DNA of 64,000 bases from an uncultured Actinomycetes bacterium (GTDB taxonomy: Bacteria > Actinomycetota > Thermoleophilia > RBG-16-64-13), in assembly GCA_963841735.1 (NCBI GenBank), contig CAWJDT010000001.1, forward strand, positions 1,280,001-1,344,000, given 5' to 3'. This document shows positions 31,849 through 41,725 of the stretch, in pieces. Each line of letters starts with the position of its first letter. The first letter of the stretch is position 1. A model generated the notes under the pieces. It saw nothing but the letters and a program-made list of their open reading frames with translations. It searched no databases and had not been told where the DNA came from. Made by a program: the position numbers and the translations under genes.

Positions 31849-33827
31849 GGCGCACCTGCTCTGTCCGGCCGGACCGCGGCCAGCGCCTGTCCTACCGACG
31901 GGAAGAGGCTCTCGTCGGTGTGGGGGAGGAATAGAGCGGAGGTGAACGCGTCCATGAAGCGGTTGTCGGCGCTCAGCTCCAGGTAGGTCATCTTGCCGGC
32001 CAGTTCCTCTAATTGGGCGCGGTGCTCGCGGCAGGTGAGGGCTTCGTAGGCCCCCTGGATGGAGGTGTTGCCCAGGTAGGTGAAGCGCTCCCAGGGGAGG
32101 TCGGGGAGCAGGCCAATGTCGATGGCCTTCTCGATATCGATGTGGCGGCCGAAGCCGCCGCCGATCAGCACCCGCTCAACGTCACTCATTTGCACGCCCA
32201 CGCTGTCGCACAGCACCGTCGCGCCTGCGTAGATGGACGCTTTGGCGCGCATCAGGTTGTGGATGTCGGCCTCGGCAAGAACGACGTCGCCGACGCCTTC
32301 GGCGGTCTCCGCGGCCCAGGCCACTACGTATTCCGGGCCGTTCTCACCCCGGCGCGCCCGTTGGCTCAAGCCCTCCACGGCGATGCGGCCGCTCTTGTCT
32401 ATGACCCCGGTGACCCTCATCTCGCCCAGCAGCGAGATCATGCCCGATCCGCAGATGCCTATGGGCGGAGCCTCGCCCAGGGCGGTGTAGGTGGGTTCGA
32501 GGGTGCTCGGGTCGATCCAGACTTCGTCGATGGCTCCCTTGACGGCGCGAACGCCGCAGGCCGCTCCTGCTCCCTCAAAGGCCGGTCCGGCCGAGCAGGC
32601 ACAGCTTATGAGCCATTCGGAGTTGCCCAGCACCATCTCGCCGTTGGTGCCCACGTCGATGAACAGCGTGACGCGCTCATCGTCGTGCATGCCCGAGCGG
32701 AGCACCCCTGCCGTGATATCGCCGCCCACGTAGGCCCCGACCCCCGGCATGCAGTCCACGTTGGCCTCGGGGTGCACGTGCAAACCTAAGCGAATGGCGG
32801 GCACCGGCACGAAACGCCCGGCGGCCGGCACGTACGGCTCGAGTCTGATGTAGTCGGGCCTGAGGCCCAGAAAGAGGTGGGTCATGGTGGTGTTGGCCGC
32901 GACCGTCACGAACGTTATGTCCTCGGGGGCCAGGTCTTGGCGCGGCAGGATCTCGTCGATGAGCGAGTTGATGGTGGCGACCACGAGTTCCTGCAGCTCG
33001 CGGCGACGTTCGGGGTCGCGAGCGTAGATGATGCGCGAGATTACGTCTTCGCCGCGGGCCATCTGGCGGTTGTAGGCCGACGCTTCGTCGATGATCTGTC
33101 CGGTTGAGAGATCGCCCAGGTAGGCTTCCACGGTGGTTGTGCCGATATCCACGGCCAGACCAAGCGCCGACTTTCTGGCATGCCCTGGCAGTACGTCCAG
33201 CAGCCGGTAGGTATCGGCGTCACAGGGCGACGGGTAGCGTTCCACTTCGGCGGTGACGGCCCAATCCTTCTCGCGAATGACGTGGGGCAGATCGTCCAAA
33301 GCTGTAAGGGTGGGCGTCACGGGAGGGAGCGCGAACTGACGGGTGAGTTCGCGCTGCAGACGCTCGAGATCGGGGATGTTGTCGTCGATGGTGGGTGACT
33401 TCATCTCCACGCGGTAGCGGGAGACCCAGGGCGGAGCCTGGTGGTCGCACAGGATGGCCACCGCCGCCGTCTTGTCGGGCTTGCGCTCGCGCTGAAGCAG
33501 TTCCACCCGCTCATGTTCGGGCGGTATCCAGATGGTGGCGTCGTTGTTCACCAAAGTCTGGCAGGCAAGCGCGTAGCCGTGGGCGAGGTCCTCCTCGCTC
33601 AGTCGCACTGTCGATCGCCTTCTTACCGAGCCTTCGCGTACTTCCACCGCGCAACGGCCGCAACGTCCCTGGCCGCCGCACGGCAACGACACCCGCAGTC
33701 CGGCCTGAGAGATGGCGTCTCCCAAGGTGGTCCCGGCCGGCACCCTGACGGTCTGCCCGGCAGGCTCCAGCCGTACGGCCACTTGGCCGTCGGCGTCGGC
33801 GGTGATGGTGTCGTCGCGCTCCGGCAT
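31845..33827 (-). CDS. acsV: Corrinoid reductive activator (RACo, ASKHA ATPase with 2Fe-2S)
   Basis: PCGGQGRCGRC...LACQ, DIGTTT, GEDVISRI, IDVGTNGE, CSAGPAFEG, GICGSG. Confidence 0.93.
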   Translation of the reverse strand: MPERDDTITADADGQVAVRLEPAGQTVRVPAGTTLGDAISQAGLRVSLPCGGQGRCGRCAVEVREGSVRRRSTVRLSEEDLAHGYALACQTLVNNDATIWIPPEHERVELLQRERKPDKTAAVAILCDHQAPPWVSRYRVEMKSPTIDDNIPDLERLQRELTRQFALPPVTPTLTALDDLPHVIREKDWAVTAEVERYPSPCDADTYRLLDVLPGHARKSALGLAVDIGTTTVEAYLGDLSTGQIIDEASAYNRQMARGEDVISRIIYARDPERRRELQELVVATINSLIDEILPRQDLAPEDITFVTVAANTTMTHLFLGLRPDYIRLEPYVPAAGRFVPVPAIRLGLHVHPEANVDCMPGVGAYVGGDITAGVLRSGMHDDERVTLFIDVGTNGEMVLGNSEWLISCACSAGPAFEGAGAACGVRAVKGAIDEVWIDPSTLEPTYTALGEAPPIGICGSGMISLLGEMRVTGVIDKSGRIAVEGLSQRARRGENGPEYVVAWAAETAEGVGDVVLAEADIHNLMRAKASIYAGATVLCDSVGVQMSDVERVLIGGGFGRHIDIEKAIDIGLLPDLPWERFTYLGNTSIQGAYEALTCREHRAQLEELAGKMTYLELSADNRFMDAFTSALFLPHTDESLFPSVGQALAAVRPDRAGAP

Positions 33828-35176
33828 CAGCCGTTAGCTACCTGCTTCAGAAACGAGGGGATACCGATGGATTCCCGGGGCCCTACCAGCACCTGCCAGC
33901 CCGGCAACTCTTCCTCGAGCTCACCGGAGAGGCCGGCCACCATGCCCGGGATGACGATGCGGCGGTGAGAGATCTTGCCTTCGACTTCGGTGGTCTTGAC
34001 CGCCTTGGCGATGGCGGCGGCATCGAATTTGCCGGCGGCCCAAGCGGTGAGCACCGACATGCCTTCGGAGTCGGCCACCAGCAGCCAAGCCGGCCGGCCG
34101 CTACCCTCGACCTCTCCGGCAACGGAGAAGTAGGTGAGCGAGAAGTTGGTGGTCACCAGCAGCGGCGACTCCAGACCTGGTTCGCCCATCTGATACAGGC
34201 CAGGGCTGACCTGGATAGGTTTCTGCGGGTCGGTGTAGATGTTCTGCCGCAGTGCCAGCAGCGAGTAGATGGCGGCGGGCTCGAAGTTGTCGAGCACGAT
34301 GAAGCCCGCGTATCGGCCGATGAACTGGGAGGCGAGCATAGCCTCTTCCTCGGGGCTTTCGGCTCCTTCGCCGGCGAAGGCGATCACGGGATAGCCAAGC
34401 GCCTTGAAGTTCTTCTTGATGGCGAGACGCCGCAGGCGCGTAAGCGCGCTGAGCGAGTCGGCCCAGCCCCGGGTGCCGGGGTCGAGCACCAGGTCTTCGA
34501 CGCCCAGCTTGGTGATCTGTTCGGTCAGTTCGGCCAGGGCTCCCAGGTCGCCGTCGGGCACGCGCACGGCAAGCGGCACCGAGTGAGTCTTGGCGAGAGC
34601 CGCCATCTTCTCCCAGTTGTCCGCATCCGCGCCGTAGGCCAGCGGGCGCGCAGGCCCGGCGGCCGCAAGGCCGGCTTCCATGGCGGCGGGGTCGGAGGTC
34701 ATCAGAACGAGGGCCAATCCCTTGTCGGCCGCCTTCTTGACCCGGGCCGCAAAGTCTTCGGCTGAGGCTCCGGCTTCGATGGCGACTCCCTCGGGCCGCA
34801 GGGTCTGGCCCACCCGTTCGATGTGGTAGTCGGCCACCTGCTGCAGGTTGGCCTCGAAGTCCGCGTCGGCCATGCCGGCAGGTATGCGCAGAAAGAGCCC
34901 GGGCTGGTGCACGAAGGTCTTCTCGTGACGGAAGACCACGGTCTCGTTGCCCACTTCAAACTTGCGGTCACCGGTTCCCAGCGAGATCAGCCGGACGGGC
35001 GGCGCGGAGGCGTTGTCCAGCTGGGCCTTGACTTCGTCGGACACGTAGGGGCAGGCCGCCAGCTCCGCCTGCCGGGCAGCCAGTTTCATGGCGAAGGCAA
35101 GGCAGGTGGGATGGCCGCACTCCTTGCAGTTCGTCTGGGGGAGCATCTTGTAAATAGCTATTCCGCTCAGTGCCAT
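33827..35176 (-). CDS. acsC: Corrinoid iron-sulfur protein large subunit
   Basis: LPQTNCKECGHPTCLAFA, NIYTDPQKP, TTNFSLTYF, SVLTAWAAGKF. Confidence 0.96.
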   Translation of the reverse strand: MALSGIAIYKMLPQTNCKECGHPTCLAFAMKLAARQAELAACPYVSDEVKAQLDNASAPPVRLISLGTGDRKFEVGNETVVFRHEKTFVHQPGLFLRIPAGMADADFEANLQQVADYHIERVGQTLRPEGVAIEAGASAEDFAARVKKAADKGLALVLMTSDPAAMEAGLAAAGPARPLAYGADADNWEKMAALAKTHSVPLAVRVPDGDLGALAELTEQITKLGVEDLVLDPGTRGWADSLSALTRLRRLAIKKNFKALGYPVIAFAGEGAESPEEEAMLASQFIGRYAGFIVLDNFEPAAIYSLLALRQNIYTDPQKPIQVSPGLYQMGEPGLESPLLVTTNFSLTYFSVAGEVEGSGRPAWLLVADSEGMSVLTAWAAGKFDAAAIAKAVKTTEVEGKISHRRIVIPGMVAGLSGELEEELPGWQVLVGPRESIGIPSFLKQVANG

Positions 35177-35187
35177 GTGATTCTCCT

Positions 35188-36156
35188 TTACGCGGCCATG
35201 AGCTTGTCGATGACCCGTCTCACAAGGGGGATGGTTTCGGGGTGGCGCACCACCAAGATGTCGGCGCCAGTGCCCAGAAGTGTCAGGCTGGTGTTCGATT
35301 CCCAAAGGAGGGCCCGCTGCTTCCAGTCGCCCCACTCGGCCGGCACGTCCTCGTTTGTGCGGGCTTCCTTGGCGCGCCAGGCTTCGTAGCCCACGGTAAG
35401 CACCAGCGGCTGCTGCAGACTGGCGTCACCGCCCAGCGCGGCCAGGCGGATGCGTTCCATCACCGAGTAGCTGTACTCCAAACCGTAGCCGAGAGCTCCG
35501 GTAGTGGGGTCGATGAGCATGCGATCGCGGCTTAGGCCCATGTCGCCTATGAGCACGTTGAGCTGTTTGGCCAGGTTGACGTCTATGGGGCTCTTGGCGA
35601 CTATGAGGTGATCGTTGGCCATGGCGGCCGCGACGATGGTGCGGTAATTCTTGTCTTCGCAGTTGCCCAGGGCGATCCGTTCGCCGGCTGCCTCCTCGGC
35701 CGCCGCGACCAGCACCTCGTTGTCCTTTTCTCTCTGGCCGGGACCGTAGACGATGAGGGGCAGAGTGGTGGCCTCGAGTACGCGCCGCACCGTCTGTTTG
35801 GCCTCCTTGGCCCCGGTGTCGCCCCTCTCTGGATGAGCGCTGTCAAGCGACAGGGCTATGAGGTCGGCACCCGCCTTCTCGGCCGCCGCGGCCCAGACGG
35901 CCGGGTCTTTCACGGCGTCTCCCCAGGCGTCAAGCAGCAGGCGCGACCACTCGTCGGGGCTGCGGTCGCTCACCTCCACCGCGATGACCGGCCGGTGAGG
36001 CATGGATCCTTCGAAGTGCAGAAACGGCAGACCGGTCTGGCCACCTACCGTGACGGTACTACCTCGGGTGCCGCCGTTGGCCGGGCCGGCCCCAAGGGTC
36101 ACTTCAGTGATCTTGCCGCTCCAACTCTCTTTGACTTCGGGCACTGCTACAGACAT
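35188..36156 (-). CDS. acsD: Corrinoid iron-sulfur protein small subunit
   Basis: SPIDVNLAKQLN, DPTTGALGYGLEYSYSVMERIRLAAL, GADILVVRHP. Confidence 0.96.
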   Translation of the reverse strand: MSVAVPEVKESWSGKITEVTLGAGPANGGTRGSTVTVGGQTGLPFLHFEGSMPHRPVIAVEVSDRSPDEWSRLLLDAWGDAVKDPAVWAAAAEKAGADLIALSLDSAHPERGDTGAKEAKQTVRRVLEATTLPLIVYGPGQREKDNEVLVAAAEEAAGERIALGNCEDKNYRTIVAAAMANDHLIVAKSPIDVNLAKQLNVLIGDMGLSRDRMLIDPTTGALGYGLEYSYSVMERIRLAALGGDASLQQPLVLTVGYEAWRAKEARTNEDVPAEWGDWKQRALLWESNTSLTLLGTGADILVVRHPETIPLVRRVIDKLMAA

Positions 36157-36240
36157 CCGGAATCTCCTCTCCTCGTCGAGCAGATCTCAATCGCATCCTG
36201 CCGGCGTGACTTCATTTGAACTGAGATCTTCTCGCCGCCA

Positions 36241-38514
36241 TTAAAAAATCGGGTCCATGGTGAGCGCGGGGTGCTCGTGCTCTTCCAAGAAGGGCAGAAG
36301 CTCCTCCACCGTGGTCACCGAGCGCTCATCGGCGATCTTGTCCAACAGGCCGGGGTCGCCCTCGCGTTCGCAAACGGCCTTGAAGTCGTCGGCCATCATG
36401 GCCTTGAGGTTGCTCGACATCCAGACCACGCGTTTGAAGCCGCCCTCGGCCGAGATGAACTTGCGGCTGAGCAGGTAGTACTTGCCTACGCCCATCATGC
36501 CCGGAGTCTGCAGACCGCCGCCGGCGACACCCGCGAGCGTGGAGAAGGTCATGCCGGCCGGTGTCATACTCGGATCTTCGCGCGAGACCACCATGACCCC
36601 GTTGGCCTCGGGGACCACCATCACGATGCATTCAAAGCAGCCACAAGCAGTCATGGGGTCCTGCATGATGGAGTACAGCGCCAGGCGTTCCACCGACTGC
36701 TGCGTGTTCTGGTAGGCGAACTCGTTCGCTCCTTGGTACACGCCCAGCGTGGAATCGATGCAGATGCCCTTGGGGATGGGCTGGTTGGGACCTGTGGGGT
36801 TGATCTGGTTGGACGCCTTGCAGTCGAGCCAGTTGTAGGCACCGCACAGTCCCAAGCGCTCGGGCGAGATGACGCACACGTGGTTGGGCGCGAAGCTCTG
36901 GCACAGCGTGCAACTGTAGAACTCGTCCACCGAAGCGTCCACCATGTCGGCCAGCCGCAGGTTGCGGTTCTGGTAGGCCTGACGCGCCTTGGCCAGCCAC
37001 TCCTCGAACTTCTCTGGGTCGGTGAACAGCGTCACCTGGACCTTATCCACGATGGCGCCAAACTCGGCATGGAATCTGGCGTAGAGGATGTCACCCAGGT
37101 TCTTGAGCGCGAAGCCCTTCTCTATAGCTCCCTTGCTGAAGCGGATCCAGGTGATGTCGCGCTGGCCTATGTGCTGGATGCCCGACGCGCCGTTGACGAA
37201 GTAGTGCATCTGGCGCTCTAGCACCGGCTCGAAGTCTTCCTGCATCTTGCGTCCGGCCACCTCGACCAGGATGCCGAGGTTCGTGGCGGCGCCCTCAGGC
37301 ACGTCGTCGATGCCAGGCCCCACCACTTCTATGCGGCCGTCCTCGATCTCGTCCAGGCCGGCCATGCGCAGGTATTCGAAAGCCTTGGCTTTTGAGCCGC
37401 CGAACTCCAGGCGCATGTCGGCCTTGCGCACGCGTTCACCCTCGAACGCGCTGCCGTAGGCCACTGGGATGGGAACCTCGGTGATCTTGATCTTGACGCC
37501 CCGTACTTCGATGGCGCGCTGCACCAGCTTGCGGGCCTTCTCGGTGTCGTTGTCGGCCTCGATGTCGTCGAAGGGCATGCTGACCACATGCTCGTAGGCA
37601 GTCACCCCAGTAGGTAGGATCTGGGGGATGACGGTGTCGGCGATGACGGGGAAGCCGTAGTTGATGGCTCCGGCTGCCGCGGCGTACTTGAGGTCGTCCA
37701 CTTCACCCAGCGCGAGGACGAAGGCGAACACCCGGTACTTGTTGTAGAGCAGGATGTTGCGGATCTGGCCTCCGGACATGCCGCCGAAGGTCAGGGCTGA
37801 CCGAGTGGCAAAGCCCAGCGCGTATATAGCCGAGATGGTGTCGGTGCCGAAGGGCACGATGTAGGTGTCATAGCCCATCTCGACGCCCTCTTCCATCAAC
37901 TGATGGATGATGCTGCGTCCGTTCACGTTGCCCGAGAGGAACACCAGGATGTTGCGCTTCTGCAGCTCGCGCACGATAGACACGGCCGCTTCGTTGCTGC
38001 GGGCCGCGCCTACGATGGCGGCGAATCCGGGCATGCGCCCGTCGACCAACTGGATGCCCCAAGCGCGCAACTGGATGTCGTCGATAGGTCCGTTGGCGTA
38101 ACCACCCGGGCCGCCGTCGTTCCCTTGGGGGGCGCTGGTGCCGGTGAGGCTCAACCCAGGGATGGCCTCGGGTTGTTCGCCGCGGACGAAGCGCACGGCC
38201 TCGATGGCCTCCGCGGCAAGCAGAGTGGCGGCGCCGCTGTCCAGTGTCTCACCCAGATAGGGGAGCCACAGACTGTCGCCCGGGGCTTCGGCGAGCAGCC
38301 GGCGCGCCTGGGCGAGGGCCTGCTGCAGCTGCCCCAGGTTGTCTACTTCCATGCCGGTGAATCCCAGGATCACAGGTAGGTGGTAGGCGGTGTTGGTGAA
38401 CGCGACCGGTTTATCGGCGCCGAATTCGGCGATGGCCGCCTGCAGCATCTGCTCGGACTCGTTCACGATGCTGTTGGCGCCGCGCATGGCGGCTCTTGCT
38501 ATGTATCTCGACAT
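36241..38514 (-). CDS. acsB: Acetyl-CoA synthase (bacterial type)
   Basis: FYSCTLCQSFAPNHVC, GLCGA, PMTACGCFEC A-cluster motifs; N-terminal NTAYHLP domain. Confidence 0.97.
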   Translation of the reverse strand: MSRYIARAAMRGANSIVNESEQMLQAAIAEFGADKPVAFTNTAYHLPVILGFTGMEVDNLGQLQQALAQARRLLAEAPGDSLWLPYLGETLDSGAATLLAAEAIEAVRFVRGEQPEAIPGLSLTGTSAPQGNDGGPGGYANGPIDDIQLRAWGIQLVDGRMPGFAAIVGAARSNEAAVSIVRELQKRNILVFLSGNVNGRSIIHQLMEEGVEMGYDTYIVPFGTDTISAIYALGFATRSALTFGGMSGGQIRNILLYNKYRVFAFVLALGEVDDLKYAAAAGAINYGFPVIADTVIPQILPTGVTAYEHVVSMPFDDIEADNDTEKARKLVQRAIEVRGVKIKITEVPIPVAYGSAFEGERVRKADMRLEFGGSKAKAFEYLRMAGLDEIEDGRIEVVGPGIDDVPEGAATNLGILVEVAGRKMQEDFEPVLERQMHYFVNGASGIQHIGQRDITWIRFSKGAIEKGFALKNLGDILYARFHAEFGAIVDKVQVTLFTDPEKFEEWLAKARQAYQNRNLRLADMVDASVDEFYSCTLCQSFAPNHVCVISPERLGLCGAYNWLDCKASNQINPTGPNQPIPKGICIDSTLGVYQGANEFAYQNTQQSVERLALYSIMQDPMTACGCFECIVMVVPEANGVMVVSREDPSMTPAGMTFSTLAGVAGGGLQTPGMMGVGKYYLLSRKFISAEGGFKRVVWMSSNLKAMMADDFKAVCEREGDPGLLDKIADERSVTTVEELLPFLEEHEHPALTMDPIF

Positions 38515-38518
38515 TCGC

Positions 38519-40507
38519 CTATACCTCCGACGCTACCGGCCGCTTGCCTGCCGAATAGATACTCACCGACTCGTCCGCGGGCACCTCGGGCTCAAGCTCT
38601 ACCATCTGACTGTCGCCGCTCTGGCCGAAACGCGCCGGGTCGTACTCGGTCAGACCGAGTTCGGCGCGCTTGGCGTCGATGTGCGCGATAGCCTTCTTGA
38701 TGAGTGCCGGGATGTCGGGCTCGAACTCGATTCCGCCTCCGAAGCGCGCCGTCCAGCCGTTCAGCATGAGGTCTTTGACCTCCGGGCTTCCGCCAACGGG
38801 GGAGGGCAGGCCGAAGAGCACGTAGGCGCCGGAAGCCGCGCAGTACGAACCGATGGCAAGTGCCTTCTCCGACATGTACTCCGGGCATATGCCCACCGCG
38901 GGCAGATCGGAGATGTCTTCTCCCAGACCGCCCTCAGTGGCGCACTCGGTAAGTATGGTGAGGATACGGGAGTTGTCCACGCAGGAACCGACGTGCAGCA
39001 CAGGCGGGATGCCGATGGCCTCGCACACCTCGCGCAGTCCGGCACCGGCTTGCTCCATGAACTCCGGCTTAAGATATCCGTACTTCGCCGCCCCCGTGGC
39101 CGCACAACCAGTGACTGCAACCAGCACGTCGTTCTTGATCAAGTCGGCGATGATCTCGGTAGTGGGGGCGTCCTGGGTCACCCGCGGGTTGTTGCAGCCC
39201 ACAACCGCGGCCAGACCCCGGATGCGGCCGGCTGCGATGGCGTCGTTCAAAGGACGGAACGAGCCGCGGAAGTGCCCGCCCTGCATGTAGCGCACGTATT
39301 CATGCGAGAAGCCGGCTATGAGCGCCTCGTCGGTCTGGGGGATGACCGTCTTCTTGCGATTGGGATAGTTGTCTATCGCGGCGCGCACGATGCCCTTCGC
39401 ACTTTGGTAGGCGTCGTGCTCGTCGAATTCCATGTGCACCGCTCCCTCGATCTTGGCCTTGGGGGAGGTGGTGATGAGTTTGGTGTGGTAATGGGTGGCC
39501 ACTTCGGCCAGAGCCTGCATGACGCACTGCACGTCGACGATCATAGCCTCGATGGCCCCGGTCGCGATGGCCAGCTCCTGCGAGAGGAAGTTGCCGGCGG
39601 GGGGGATGCCGTGTCGCATGAGCACCTCGTTGGCGGTGCAGCAGATGCCGGCCAGGTTGATGCCCTTTGCGCCCTTGCTCTTAGCGTACTCGATCAGTTC
39701 CGGGTCGGTGGAGGCCGCGACGATCATCTCCGCTACGATGGGCTCGTGGCCGTGGATAACGACGTTGACCTCGTCGTCCTTGAGCACTCCCAGGTTCACC
39801 CTGCTCTGTAGCGGAGTGGGGGTGCCGAACAGGATGTCGCTGATGTCGGTGGCCAGCATGGACCCGCCCCAGCCGTCCGCAAGGGACGTGCAGAGCACCT
39901 GGTCCAGAAGATGCTCTGCGTCCTGATCGACGCCCATGTGGGTACGATGCATCATCTCCACCACCTCGCGGTCGATGCCGCGGGGAGCGACCTTCTCTTT
40001 GTGCCAGCGCTCTTGCTGCGCCGCGCTCGCCCGCGAGAGATACATCAGCTCGCCGGTCTGCCTGCCGAACTCACCAAGGGCTGCCTCGGCGACATCAAGG
40101 GCGATGTCCAGCACCGGCCGGTCGCCGGTCTTGATGCCCATGTGGTCGGCTACGGCGCGGAGTTTCACCTCGTCGCGGATGCCGAAGCCATGCGTCTCGC
40201 CCTTGGCTACTGCCAGCAGGGCGAGCGCCATCCCGCGACCGTGGTCTGAGTGCGCGGAGGCGCCGGCGGCTACCGCCCGGGCGAAGTTGCGGGCCGAGAC
40301 AGTGGCTTGGGTGGCGCCGCATACTCCGCGCGTGGTCGTGCCTATGAGGCGGCAAGGACCCATTGCGCAGTTCTTGCAGCAGATGCCCTCAGCCCCTATG
40401 GGGCACGGTAGTATGTCGGCGGCCCGGTCGAAAGCGGTCTCAATCACACCTTCACATGAGCCGAGTACCTCACACGCCGCTGCGTCTGCACTTTTGCGTT
40501 CAGGCAT
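38519..40507 (-). CDS. cooS: Anaerobic Ni-CO dehydrogenase catalytic subunit
   Basis: CCKNCAMGPC, AHSDHGR, HGHEP, GICCTANE, DVQC, GCNN, TGC, GSCVDN, MSEKA. Confidence 0.97.
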   Translation of the reverse strand: MPERKSADAAACEVLGSCEGVIETAFDRAADILPCPIGAEGICCKNCAMGPCRLIGTTTRGVCGATQATVSARNFARAVAAGASAHSDHGRGMALALLAVAKGETHGFGIRDEVKLRAVADHMGIKTGDRPVLDIALDVAEAALGEFGRQTGELMYLSRASAAQQERWHKEKVAPRGIDREVVEMMHRTHMGVDQDAEHLLDQVLCTSLADGWGGSMLATDISDILFGTPTPLQSRVNLGVLKDDEVNVVIHGHEPIVAEMIVAASTDPELIEYAKSKGAKGINLAGICCTANEVLMRHGIPPAGNFLSQELAIATGAIEAMIVDVQCVMQALAEVATHYHTKLITTSPKAKIEGAVHMEFDEHDAYQSAKGIVRAAIDNYPNRKKTVIPQTDEALIAGFSHEYVRYMQGGHFRGSFRPLNDAIAAGRIRGLAAVVGCNNPRVTQDAPTTEIIADLIKNDVLVAVTGCAATGAAKYGYLKPEFMEQAGAGLREVCEAIGIPPVLHVGSCVDNSRILTILTECATEGGLGEDISDLPAVGICPEYMSEKALAIGSYCAASGAYVLFGLPSPVGGSPEVKDLMLNGWTARFGGGIEFEPDIPALIKKAIAHIDAKRAELGLTEYDPARFGQSGDSQMVELEPEVPADESVSIYSAGKRPVASEV

Positions 40508-40551
40508 CTTCTTCTCCTCTTCGAATCTGCTGTGCTGAGGGACGGCCGGGC

Positions 40552-40884
40552 CTAGTAGCGCCGGAAGTCCCCGGCCATCTCGCGGTCTTTGAGCTCAGTG
40601 GTTGTGTTTCTTCCGAGCACCGTGAACCAAGGCGAACCGTCCTCGTGCCTTCTTGGGAAAAGAGGAGCGGGGATTGTTTCGTCTGGTGTGTAGCCAGCCT
40701 TTTCCAGCGCGGCGCGGATGGAATCGACGGAGGCTACTGTCTCGTCGAACCTCACCGCGACTCGGCGCCGCGCCGCGCTCGCCGTCACCTGCTCGACGCC
40801 TTTGACCTCGAGTAGTGCTTGGCGGACGCGAAGCACATGATGGTCGCCATACATGGCCGGCAATTCTACGACTAGTGCGTTCAT
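40552..40884 (-). CDS. HMA-fold metallochaperone-like protein with His-substituted motif
   Basis: MYGDHHV in place of MxCxxCV; GVEQVTAS...VRFD...IRAALEKAGY. Confidence 0.8.
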   Translation of the reverse strand: MNALVVELPAMYGDHHVLRVRQALLEVKGVEQVTASAARRRVAVRFDETVASVDSIRAALEKAGYTPDETIPAPLFPRRHEDGSPWFTVLGRNTTTELKDREMAGDFRRY

Positions 40885-41318
40885 ACGCTTACATCTTCCT
40901 TCCCCCGGCGGGCCCGCTCGGCCAGCTCGGCTATGGTCGTCTGTTCAAAGTGGTCACGCACAATGTCCGCGGCTTCCACCCAGATGTGACGGGTGGGGCA
41001 GCCCGCGATGCGGTTGCAGTTTTGGCCCTCCTGACAAGGCGCTAGGCGGATGTCACCCTCCATCACCCGAAGCGCCTCCCCAACCGTGATGCTCTGAGGG
41101 GGCCGAGCTAGTTTAAAGCCTCCTTGCCTTCCGCGGAAGCCGACTACGAGACCGGCTGACTGAAGGTTACCCATAAGTTGCTGAACGTACGCGGGCGTCA
41201 GACCTTCGCAGTCTGCTATTTCCTGCTTGGTGAAGCACTTCGTCTCGGGGCCGGCCGCGAGCAGCACGAGTATTCTTGTGGCGAATCGACCTCGGCTCGA
41301 GAGACTGAACATGTCCAT
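40881..41318 (-). CDS. Rrf2-family regulator heading the acs operon
   Basis: SSRGRFATR, GFRGRQGGFKLARPP, C-x5-C-x5-C. Confidence 0.9.
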   Translation of the reverse strand: MDMFSLSSRGRFATRILVLLAAGPETKCFTKQEIADCEGLTPAYVQQLMGNLQSAGLVVGFRGRQGGFKLARPPQSITVGEALRVMEGDIRLAPCQEGQNCNRIAGCPTRHIWVEAADIVRDHFEQTTIAELAERARRGKEDVSV

Positions 41319-41491
41319 AGCCCCCAATAGTAAGTGACCTGATAATCTTATAGCGGTATAGGCCACTTTTCAACTGGTGATATTGTATTGTGGTTCCCGG
41401 GGCGGGGTCGGCTGCCGAGCAGGCGCGGCTGCGTGCTTCCCGGCCCCTGATGGACTGTCTCATTATGCGGGATGTTAGGAGGCAAGCGTCT

Positions 41492-41725
41492 ATGTCCGAC
41501 GTACGCTGCCCAGGTCAAGATGGTAGAGACCTGAAAGTGAGCACCTGCTTCTGTCCCAATTGCGGGGTCGAGGTGGAGCTATTCTCCGATGAGCAACGAG
41601 TGAAGTGCCCCCAGTGCGGGGTATATGTCGATCAAGCTGAGGTGCCTTCGTGCGCTCAGTGGTGTGCCAAGGCCCGCGAGTGTCTAGGTGAGGAGCGATG
41701 GAGCCAGGTCAAAAAGTCGCAGTAG
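41492..41725 (+). CDS. Small Cys-rich zinc-ribbon protein
   Basis: CPGQD, CPNCG, ELFSDE, CPQCG, PSCAQWC...ECLG; AGGAGG RBS. Confidence 0.75.
   Translation: MSDVRCPGQDGRDLKVSTCFCPNCGVEVELFSDEQRVKCPQCGVYVDQAEVPSCAQWCAKARECLGEERWSQVKKSQ

Noticed and set aside
38390-39811. Long antisense or overlapping ORFs (also 17442-18503, 53563-54726 and others)
   Set aside because: Shadow frames expected from high-GC codon bias opposite or overlapping well-supported genes.
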